Of a DNA stretch of 64,000 bases, positions 1 through 6,860 are shown piece after piece. Numbering within the stretch: the stretch's first letter is position 1; the number at the start of each line of letters is the position of its first letter. Origin of the DNA: a virus. The position numbers and the translations under genes were made by a program. The stretch spans positions 32,001 through 96,000 of IMG/VR virus record IMGVR_UViG_3300034374_012521; one strand, written 5' to 3'. The notes beneath the pieces were generated by a model, which was given only the letters and a program-made list of their open reading frames with translations, did no database searches and was not told where the DNA came from.

Positions 1-411
1 GTGAAGCATGGAAGGCTCTGGGTTGTAGATATCAAAATCCCACGAATCCAAATGTACAATTGTTGGTGATCCTTCATAGCTCATAAGAAAATCCACAGAG
101 TCCATGGTTAAATTTACCAGTTCATCAAAATCCGGGAGGTGATCTTTATAAAGCTGAATGCTTCTGGATGAAATGTCTTCATCTACATCAATGGAGGAAA
201 ATTTACCACCATGCTCTTTAGCCAAATGAGCAAACAAAAGTCCAAAGCATCCATCATCAAAAGATTGGCTTGCTCCGGTTTCTATAACCTCAATTGATTT
301 TAAATGGCTTAGTTCTATAATATCCGAGATCCTTTGAGCTTGATCTTTTCTTTGATTGCTGACTTGTTCAAGGCCCTTATAAAAATCCAAAGACGGTTTC
401 CAACTTCTCAT
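1..411 (-). CDS. class I SAM-dependent methyltransferase-like protein (runs off window start)
   Basis: Manual translation from ATG at 411: MRSWKPSLDF...VIETGASQS...FSSIDVD...DSVDFL...IVHLDSWD; the frame is open to base 1. Not in the ORF track. Confidence 0.65.
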   Translation of the reverse strand, partial: MRSWKPSLDFYKGLEQVSNQRKDQAQRISDIIELSHLKSIEVIETGASQSFDDGCFGLLFAHLAKEHGGKFSSIDVDEDISSRSIQLYKDHLPDFDELVNLTMDSVDFLMSYEGSPTIVHLDSWDFDIYNPEPSMLH

Positions 412-425
412 AATAAAATTATCTG

Positions 426-498
<73 letters not shown>

Positions 499-501
499 AA
501 T

Positions 502-687
502 TTATTTTAAAGCTTTTTTAGATCTCTCTGCTAACCAAACAGCTCCTTGAAGCTTAAATTCTTTCCAATTGTCAAATTCTTTGAGATCCTCTATGACACT
601 CTCAGGCAATAGGATAAATCCCTCGGGAGCAATTCCCTGGAACTTGTAATATCCCGAGTTTTCTATTTTTTCTTTAATGTTAGACAA
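502..687 (-). CDS. hypothetical protein
   Basis: 61-aa ORF filling the gap between two tRNAs. Confidence 0.55.
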   Translation of the reverse strand: MSNIKEKIENSGYYKFQGIAPEGFILLPESVIEDLKEFDNWKEFKLQGAVWLAERSKKALK

Positions 688-706
688 TTGAATTAATTTA
701 TTTTTG

Positions 707-780
707 GGCCGGAGGTGGGAATCGAACCCGGCGTCACGGTTAGTTTTAGCTAACTTGCTCTACCACTGAGCTACTCCGAC
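707..780 (-). tRNA. atypical/pseudo tRNA (6-nt anticodon loop CUAAAA, weak T-stem)
   Basis: Acceptor stem GTCGGAG/CTCCGGC, D-arm GCTC/GAGC and T-loop TTCGATT are intact; the anticodon arm is GTTAG-CTAAAA-CTAAC. Confidence 0.7.
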
Positions 781-782
781 TT

Positions 783-858
783 TGGAGCGGAAGACGGGAT
801 TCGAACCCGCGGCCCTCAGCTTGGAAGGCTGATGCTCTACCAACTGAGCTACTTCCGC
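783..858 (-). tRNA. tRNA-Gly(UCC), CCA encoded
   Basis: GCGGAAG...TCAGC CTTCCAA GCTGA...TCCA. Confidence 0.95.
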
Positions 859-863
859 TTTTG

Positions 864-937
864 CTCCCCCACCTGGGCTCGAACCAGGGACCTATTGATT
901 AACAGTCAACCGCTCTAACCAACTGAGCTATGGAGGA
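864..937 (-). tRNA. tRNA-Asn(GUU)
   Basis: TCCTCCA...GTTGA CTGTTAA TCAAT. Confidence 0.95.
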
Positions 938-981
938 ATATAAAGGTCCGGGCCCAAAAAGGGCCCTTTTGAAGACCTTAG

Positions 982-1054
982 TTGCGGGAGAAGGATTCGA
1001 ACCTCCGACCTCCAGGTTATGAGCCTGGCGAGCTACCTCTGCTACCATCCCGCG
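982..1054 (-). tRNA. tRNA-fMet(CAU)
   Basis: CGCGGGA acceptor with C1:A72 mismatch; CCAGG CTCATAA CCTGG. Confidence 0.9.
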
Positions 1055-1063
1055 ATATAATTA

Positions 1064-1168
1064 AAGGAAGGGAAATCTGGCGAGTACTTGTATTTGCCCG
1101 TTTCACACCGGTACCAAGCCTCCCGTCTTTTTCCAAATCCTTGCCTCTGTGAATAAGCACCCTTCCTT
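1064..1168 (-). ncRNA. putative structured ncRNA between tRNAs
   Basis: Perfect 9-bp terminal helix AAGGAAGGG/CCCTTCCTT with internal helices. Confidence 0.5.
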
Positions 1169-1170
1169 AG

Positions 1171-1242
1171 TTGCCCCTGCTGGACTCGAACCAACACTGA
1201 CGGAACCAAAATCCGCTGTCCTGCCAATTAGACGAAAGGGCA
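1171..1242 (-). tRNA. tRNA-Gln(UUG)
   Basis: TGCCCTT...GCGGA TTTTGGT TCCGT. Confidence 0.93.
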
Positions 1243-1248
1243 AGATTG

Positions 1249-1322
1249 TGGGCCCAGCAGGGCTCGAACCTGCGACCTACTGATTATGAGTCAGTTGCTC
1301 TAACCAACTGAGCTATGAGCCC
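1249..1322 (-). tRNA. tRNA-Ile2(CAU) (or elongator Met)
   Basis: GGGCTCA acceptor typical of Ile2; ACTGA CTCATAA TCAGT. Confidence 0.85.
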
Positions 1323-1328
1323 AAAAAA

Positions 1329-1380
1329 ACAGGATGCTTTTTAAATATTTGCTGTATCAAAAAGTTGCTGTATGCATCCT
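1329..1380 (-). ncRNA. stem-TACAGCAA RNA, copy A
   Basis: AGGATGC-ATACAGCAA...TACAGCAA...GCATCCT-GT. Confidence 0.65.
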
Positions 1381-1385
1381 TTTAG

Positions 1386-1467
1386 TACCGAGGGTCGGAC
1401 TCGAACCGACACACCATAAGGCGCTAGATCCTAAGTCTAGTGCGTCTACCAATTTCGCCACCCCGGC
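1386..1467 (-). tRNA. tRNA-Leu(UAG)
   Basis: CTAGA CTTAGGA TCTAG, long variable arm. Confidence 0.95.
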
Positions 1468-1661
1468 ATTTGCAGGATATCGCTTAACCTGCGGTGAGTG
1501 TTCCTTTCACCTTGTTCTCTTTAAGAAATACTTCGGGTCTTTCAGGGTTTCTGATAGATGATTCGTTTGTTATGTGATTACTCCAAACCCTTTTTCTTCA
1601 TTCTAACATCATCATCTATTACAGCTTCACTGTATCTCTTTCCGATACTACGATTTTTTTG

Positions 1662-1748
1662 CGGAGAGAGTGAGATTCGAACTCACGATACCGTTTCCAG
1701 TACACTACCTTTCCAGGGTAGCACAATCGACCGCTCTGTCATCTCTCC
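1662..1748 (-). tRNA. tRNA-Ser(GGA)
   Basis: CTACC CTGGAAA GGTAG, long variable arm. Confidence 0.95.
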
Positions 1749-1750
1749 TG

Positions 1751-1838
1751 TGGCGGAGAGGGAGGGATTCGAACCCCCGGTACGTTGCCGTACGCCAGTT
1801 TTCAAGACTGGAGCATTCGACCACTCTGCCACCTCTCC
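1751..1838 (-). tRNA. tRNA-Ser(UGA), CCA encoded
   Basis: CCAGT CTTGAAA ACTGG, long variable arm. Confidence 0.95.
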
Positions 1839-1844
1839 GTATTC

Positions 1845-1930
1845 GGTTTTGTTCCACATTAGCCCTACCACACAGTGGACATGGGTAGGATTTTGACTAA
1901 GGTGCTCTGAAGAGCTTTACACCGAAAACC
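1845..1930 (-). ncRNA. putative structured ncRNA between tRNAs
   Basis: Terminal GGTTTT/AAAACC closes hairpins GCTC-TTCA-GAGC and CCTACC...GGTAGG. Confidence 0.45.
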
Positions 1931-1937
1931 TGATCAG

Positions 1938-2010
1938 AGCCGCTGGAGGGACTTGAACCCCCGACAGGCTGATTACAAATCAGCTACTCTACCAGCTGAG
2001 TTACAACGGC
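1938..2010 (-). tRNA. tRNA-Thr(UGU)
   Basis: GCTGA TTTGTAA TCAGC. Confidence 0.95.
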
Positions 2011-2028
2011 TTTTAGGCATTTTCCAAC

Positions 2029-2040
2029 ATGTCAAAGAAC
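2029..2040 (-). promoter_or_regulatory. boxA-like antitermination element
   Basis: GTTCTTTGACAT just upstream of the first tRNA; resembles rrn boxA. Confidence 0.5.
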
Positions 2041-2132
2041 TGTTTGATTATTTGTCTTTTTTACATCCAGCAGGATATTATGTTTCCATACAAAAACACA
2101 AATAATTACATTTTTTCTCCTCTCAGAGTTTG

Positions 2133-2547
2133 TGGAGCTGGTGGGATTCGAACCCACGTCCAGCTAGGCACACCCAGAGAATCTCATTCACAGGCTTAGG
2201 TCATTTTTCTAAATAACCAAAATAGAAAGGTTTCATATATGTGGGAATCAAACCTATCGAAAGTACCTGGTCTCAGAGTTGGTTTAGACGGGCTCTGACC
2301 TGTGACCCGCATACTCCAGATCAACCATCGGAAGATCTAGACTTTCGACTTTCTGTTCCTAGGGAGTCGACCCCCGGTGCTTAGGCTGCAAGAGCAACTT
2401 CAGCGGTTTCAACAGAACCTAGTCCTGCCAAAACGAAAAATGGATTTTCGCCATTTGAAGTGTTACATAGGTTATTAAAGAGTTTCCAATGCTAACTCTG
2501 CCTGCAATTCAAAGAACGTTCGCCTCCTGTCGATTCCAGTCAGCCCC
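2133..2547 (-). ncRNA. ssrA: tmRNA, predicted tag (A)GENPFFVLAGLGSVETAEVALAA
   Basis: 5' GGGGCTGACTGGAATCGAC; 3' GGTTCGAATCCCACCAGCTCCA; tag ORF 2452-2381 ends in ALAA-stop. Confidence 0.95.
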
Positions 2548-2559
2548 ATTTCTGTTCAG

Positions 2560-2567
2560 CAAATTTA
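2560..2567 (-). promoter_or_regulatory. Bacteroidota primary-sigma -7 element (TAnnTTTG)
   Basis: TAAATTTG 12 nt upstream of the tmRNA; no clear -33 TTTG. Confidence 0.45.
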
Positions 2568-2599
2568 ATCTTTGTAAGAGATTAAAAAAACTGAGATAT

Positions 2600-2633
2600 A
2601 AAAAAACCCAAATCTTTTGAGGGATTTGGGTTT
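2600..2633 (-). terminator. intrinsic terminator (putative attenuator)
   Basis: 11-bp stem AAACCCAAATC/GATTTGGGTTT followed by a U-tract. Confidence 0.85.
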
Positions 2634-2662
2634 AGATATATCTAGACTTCTTCTAAAACTAA

Positions 2663-2746
2663 CTATCTAAACCCGCAGGGTAAGTTATACCCTGTTGGGA
2701 ACGAACCCAACGTCCAAAGACACGATATTTGTTTAAATAGTTTCAT
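2663..2746 (-). CDS. putative leader peptide MKLFKQISCLWTLGSFPTGYNLPCGFR
   Basis: 27-codon ORF whose stop lies within an 11-nt arm complementary to the terminator 5' arm. Confidence 0.6.
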   Translation of the reverse strand: MKLFKQISCLWTLGSFPTGYNLPCGFR

Positions 2747-2834
2747 TCTAGATGAAGATTATGGTAATTATATATCAAAGGACAAAAAAGTTTCCGCTTA
2801 TTCCGCTGTTTTATTAAGAAAATGAAATCCCGTA

Positions 2835-3950
2835 TTATTTCGACTCCACAAAGTATCTAAGTTTAGAGAATTCCAAAAACCTGGATGTATCTATATCATA
2901 CTCATCATGAGACAGCATTCCATCACCATCCAAGGATTCTATCGAGAACAAGAATCTAATTTTACCTACTCTCCAGATAGCATCTGGAATTTTGTACCAA
3001 GCCCATCCGCCATGGCTTAGTGTGTTGCTTTCCTCCATCATTAATTCACTCCCACATAGAAGTTTGAATTTAATTCTAACTAATGAAAATGGAGAATCCG
3101 AGCTTAAATGTAGAAGTATTCTTATATCACTAATATTATCCTTATTTACGTATGGGGAACACACAGAAGTTGTGTAAAGAGTGTATTCGTTCTTGTTATA
3201 TGCTAGCTTATCAATATCCCAATTTTCCCCAATTGGACCTCCGAAAAAATGGTCCAACTCATCGTTGGACTTAAAGATGGAATTCTCCCTTCCTGTGTTA
3301 GCGATGGAAGTTATGAAATCCTCAAAAACCATGTTCGGATATTTAGATACGAAATCTCTATTTTTCCTAATATTGAGATTGGGTATAAGGGATCTAACCC
3401 GGGAATTCATTCTCAGTATAAAAAGATGACTGTATACCCAATGAGATCTTGGGACTGAGAAAAAAATAGAGTCTAGATCCTTTCGTAATAATTCTTCCAG
3501 GAAAGAATTAATTTTTTTGCCAAAATCCTTAGGGAATATAAAGTCAGTTTCCATATAAACACAAAAATCATACCCCTTAGCAAAAGAAGCACCCAAAGAG
3601 GGGATAAAGAGGGATACAATAGCAGGAGTAAAATCTATCCAGCCTTTATAATCATAATATAAGGTAGATCCAGAAGGACCCTCTGTATCAACCCACTTGT
3701 AGCTAGGTATGTTTTCTACTAACGGTACAATTTCAGGGTTGAGAATATTTGAATCTTTAAAAGCAGATGTGTTGGTGTCGTTATAGAGGTAAAGGTCCAC
3801 CTTGTTTTTTATGCTGTCTGGGCAATCAAAGTGTGTCATTAATGTAACATCCCACCCAATACTCTTAATGGAAGAGATTATCTCAAGAAGATCCTTTTGT
3901 TTTTCTTCAGTGCTTGGAAATGATGATAATATAAAGTTACAATCTATCAT
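2835..3950 (-). CDS. hypothetical protein, possibly glycosyltransferase-like
   Basis: 371 aa; 'YMETDF' DxD-like motif; glycan-gene neighbourhood. Confidence 0.5.
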   Translation of the reverse strand: MIDCNFILSSFPSTEEKQKDLLEIISSIKSIGWDVTLMTHFDCPDSIKNKVDLYLYNDTNTSAFKDSNILNPEIVPLVENIPSYKWVDTEGPSGSTLYYDYKGWIDFTPAIVSLFIPSLGASFAKGYDFCVYMETDFIFPKDFGKKINSFLEELLRKDLDSIFFSVPRSHWVYSHLFILRMNSRVRSLIPNLNIRKNRDFVSKYPNMVFEDFITSIANTGRENSIFKSNDELDHFFGGPIGENWDIDKLAYNKNEYTLYTTSVCSPYVNKDNISDIRILLHLSSDSPFSLVRIKFKLLCGSELMMEESNTLSHGGWAWYKIPDAIWRVGKIRFLFSIESLDGDGMLSHDEYDIDTSRFLEFSKLRYFVESK

Positions 3951-3962
3951 AGATGGATTAAA

Positions 3963-5582
3963 CTAGTTGGCGAACACATTGGTAATAGTGTCATTTTTCC
4001 TCCTGGAAATTATATAATCTTCAGTTGCAATATAATCAAGAGAATCGTCGAGTAGATGTTTAATGACCTGGTGTGGATAATTATTAATAGGTTCCCCATG
4101 AGCATTTAATGAAGTATTCAGAACAACCGGGATTCCAGAAATATTATGATATGCCGAGATCAATTTATGAAAGTGTGGGTTTCTTTCCTTGTTTACTATC
4201 TGTGGCCTTGCTGTACCGTCTTCTGCATGTACAACTGCTGGTATTCTACCGAGCCATTCTTCCCTTGTGTCGTAGCACAAAGTCATAAATTCAGCAGTGT
4301 GTTTTGATTTCTCAATATGGAAAACATCTTGGCTGAATTCTTCTAACACCGAAGGGGCAAAAGGCATAATCTCGGTTCTTCTGAGCTTTTCATTAAGCCT
4401 TCTGTGTGTATCTTTATCAGTTGGCTTTACAACTATACTTCTATTTCCTAATGCCCTTGGACCATATTCTGTTCTTCCCACGAATACTCCTACAACTGAT
4501 CCTTCATCTACGAGTTGTGCAACCCTTTCGTATGTCATAGGTTCGGTTTTCAGATTCCCCTGGTTTTCACTAATGATAGAATCCCATGCTTCCCTACTAT
4601 GGCTTTCTCCAAGGAAAGCATTCTCGAGTCTAAATGACTCCGTTATTTCTCCAAGATCGTTTGCAACTTTAATTGCTGCACCCAGAGCTAAACCACTGTC
4701 AGACATTGCTGGGTGAATGTAGATTTCATCAAAAAGACCCAAATCGTTAATAAACATATTCATCTTAACATTTGCAAAGAGTCCACCAGAAAAACATATT
4801 TTTCTGTATTCGGGGAACCTTCTACTAAGGTCTTCGAGGAAATCCCTCATAGTTTCATCTGTTACCTTCTGAAGGGCAAAAGCAAAATCCGCCCTCAACT
4901 GCTTATCAGTAAAAACACCACGGGGCTTGAGAATATGTTCGCAGATATAGTGGAACCTAGCTTCGTGATTTGCAGGGCGAAAGTTCAGATCTCCACCATA
5001 ATGTATACAGTCCTTTATCAGCTTGTAGATCATCTCGTCGTGTCTACCATGAGCAGCCAAGCCAACTATTTTACCCTCATCCTTAAGCATCTTCCATCCT
5101 AGGTGTGTACAAGAAGATGCCCAAAGTCCTGCTAAAGATGCAGTAGTTGGAATGTGTTGTGAATGCACCACCTCATAATCCCCATCCTCGCAAAGCAAAA
5201 TTTTTCCTCTACTCCTGTTGCCTTTGCCGTCGTGGGAAACACTAAGAACTTTGCCTTTCATCCCAGAGGTAAAGTATGATCCAAGGGTGTGAGATAAGTG
5301 GTGTGATACCTCAGTTGTTCTTCCCATAAAGAACCCAATGTTCTGTTTAACAATCTCCTTTTTATAAAATGAAGAGATTGCGAAATAATCCACATTCGAA
5401 AGATCAATACCGTGATCCCTCTTTACCACTTCAAGACAATTGGTTGGGGGGGCAAGTACATTATAACAGGATTTTATCCCAGTAAGCTTTTCTTCCTCAT
5501 AAATTCCAAGTATTTTACCATCTTTTAATACAGCAACAGAAGTGTCGTGCGAGCAAAAACCAATTCCTAAAATAATACTCAT
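3963..5582 (-). CDS. O-carbamoyltransferase (NodU/CmcH family)
   Basis: HDTSVA, HHLSH, GGLFANVKMN, EYGPRALGNRSI, PFAPSV, LNTSLN motifs. Confidence 0.93.
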   Translation of the reverse strand: MSIILGIGFCSHDTSVAVLKDGKILGIYEEEKLTGIKSCYNVLAPPTNCLEVVKRDHGIDLSNVDYFAISSFYKKEIVKQNIGFFMGRTTEVSHHLSHTLGSYFTSGMKGKVLSVSHDGKGNRSRGKILLCEDGDYEVVHSQHIPTTASLAGLWASSCTHLGWKMLKDEGKIVGLAAHGRHDEMIYKLIKDCIHYGGDLNFRPANHEARFHYICEHILKPRGVFTDKQLRADFAFALQKVTDETMRDFLEDLSRRFPEYRKICFSGGLFANVKMNMFINDLGLFDEIYIHPAMSDSGLALGAAIKVANDLGEITESFRLENAFLGESHSREAWDSIISENQGNLKTEPMTYERVAQLVDEGSVVGVFVGRTEYGPRALGNRSIVVKPTDKDTHRRLNEKLRRTEIMPFAPSVLEEFSQDVFHIEKSKHTAEFMTLCYDTREEWLGRIPAVVHAEDGTARPQIVNKERNPHFHKLISAYHNISGIPVVLNTSLNAHGEPINNYPHQVIKHLLDDSLDYIATEDYIISRRKNDTITNVFAN

Positions 5583-6226
5583 ATCCCTAATATGTTGTCA
5601 AATAAATCCTCGTTGCTTAAGCCAAGCCAGTTCTGTGGGTGATGCCAACTTGCATAGTAGGAAGCGTGATTTTCAAAAATACCTCCAGATTCCCAAAAGT
5701 CCCACGTGTTGCTTTGGATGTCGTGTTTTCCAATGTCGTAGGATGCATAGATTCCATTAGCTTCACAATATCCAATAAAATCCTTTTGTGGTTCAATAAT
5801 CTGAACTCTCCCTGAATAGTTTTTCTGGAGCCTGTCGTGAAACCTCGAGGAAACCAAAATGTGGCTACCGGTTTTCTTACCAAAGCTTTCTGCTTTTAAA
5901 AGCCATCTATAATTTACATCATAAGAGGGGGAGTCAAAGCGTAGAAGGATCTTTTTATCTTGCTCGTTATATGTGTGTTGGTAAAGCAAAACTGGCTCAA
6001 AATTTTCTATCCCCCAGATATTTACTTTCCACTTGGTTCTAAATTTTCTTAGATATTTATACCACGTAAATGGCTTGAATTCATGGTTTGAATAGATGAT
6101 TCCCCATTCTCCACCTATATCCTCATAAAGTTCAACCAAGAAATTTTCGGAGTGAAGATCTCCTATTTCTATTTTAGGGCCATCGATAAAATCTACTGAG
6201 GCCTTTATCTTTTCAAAATCTGTCAT
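5579..6226 (-). CDS. hypothetical protein
   Basis: 215-aa ORF overlapping the start of the carbamoyltransferase gene. Confidence 0.7.
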   Translation of the reverse strand: MTDFEKIKASVDFIDGPKIEIGDLHSENFLVELYEDIGGEWGIIYSNHEFKPFTWYKYLRKFRTKWKVNIWGIENFEPVLLYQHTYNEQDKKILLRFDSPSYDVNYRWLLKAESFGKKTGSHILVSSRFHDRLQKNYSGRVQIIEPQKDFIGYCEANGIYASYDIGKHDIQSNTWDFWESGGIFENHASYYASWHHPQNWLGLSNEDLFDNILGI

Positions 6227-6279
6227 CTATTAATCTGTGAGATATTGATTATTTTAGACAATTTGCACGTATTGTTTCC

Positions 6280-6313
6280 AAAAAAAATCCCCAGGTTATT
6301 AACCCAGGGATTT
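6280..6313 (-). terminator. intrinsic terminator
   Basis: AAATCCCTGGGTT-AAT-AACCTGGGGATTT plus U-tract; the G-U pairs only work on the minus strand. Confidence 0.8.
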
Positions 6314-6319
6314 AAAATA

Positions 6320-6504
6320 ACAGGATCGCTATTAGTATTATTCGGCTCTGCAGCTATATCTCTCTTTACGCCAATGAGAAGTTGACGTCGTGATTTTAGT
6401 TTTGAACCAGGTCACTGATCTCCGGGTCTTGTTAGTGAGTAAGCTTGCGCTCCACTACAACTAACTCTGCATCTAGTATAGAATAGGTTTGCTGTACCGA
6501 TCCT
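6320..6504 (-). ncRNA. stem-TACAGCAA RNA, copy B (long form, 185 nt)
   Basis: AGGATCG-GTACAGCAAA...CGATCCT-GT; internal helices CTATT/AATAG, TGCAG/CTGCA, GTTAGT/ACTAAC and a GCAA tetraloop hairpin. Confidence 0.7.
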
Positions 6505-6507
6505 TTC

Positions 6508-6571
6508 ACAGGTTTCATTCTCTTTTAACTTTGTATCTAATTAAGTATAAAGGGTTTGCTGTAAGAAACCT
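6508..6571 (-). ncRNA. stem-TACAGCAA RNA, copy C
   Basis: AGGTTTC-TTACAGCAAA...GAAACCT-GT. Confidence 0.65.
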
Positions 6572-6578
6572 AATATTT

Positions 6579-6860
6579 TCAAAGAACTCTTTGCTCTCTT
6601 AAGCTTTTGAATATTTCGTCAATATGCTTTTGTTCAATAAATCTTTTACTATCCCAGATGGCATTAAACAACCTTACAATTTCTTGCTCAGTATAGGATT
6701 CTGGCTGAAAGGAGGCTGTTCCACCTTTTTTAACCATTTCAAGAAGAAGGTCTGAAATATATCCTTCCTGAACTACCGTTTTTGCTAACTCACCCCTTTC
6801 AGATTCGGAGCATGAATACCAATATTCTTCTGGGTCAATATTTATATCTGCCATCTTCAA
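6579..6860 (-). CDS. hypothetical protein
   Basis: 93-aa ORF abutting the DUF2828 gene. Confidence 0.7.
   Translation of the reverse strand: MKMADINIDPEEYWYSCSESERGELAKTVVQEGYISDLLLEMVKKGGTASFQPESYTEQEIVRLFNAIWDSKRFIEQKHIDEIFKSLREQRVL

Noticed and set aside
943-979. GGGCCC-AAAAA-GGGCCC hairpin between tRNA-fMet and tRNA-Asn
   Set aside because: No U-tract directly after the stem on the transcribed strand; probably a processing or spacer hairpin, too small to call.
1042-1896. ORF-track ORFs overlapping the tRNA cluster (1042-1227, 1334-1561, 1558-1896, 1670-1888, 1683-1871)
   Set aside because: They are translations of tRNA genes or their antisense strands.
1858-1900. Plus-strand TTGACTA resembling the metazoan Y-RNA Ro-binding strand
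   Set aside because: The partner GGTCCGA is absent, and pairing works better on the minus (transcribed) strand.
4208-4215. Extra TACAGCAA matches in coding regions (here and near 49751)
   Set aside because: They lie inside CDSs and I saw no flanking AGG.../...CCTGT stem; chance matches.
1329-6571. TACAGCAA elements as a CRISPR array
   Set aside because: Only an 8-nt core is identical, spacing is irregular, the stems covary, and no cas genes are in the window.
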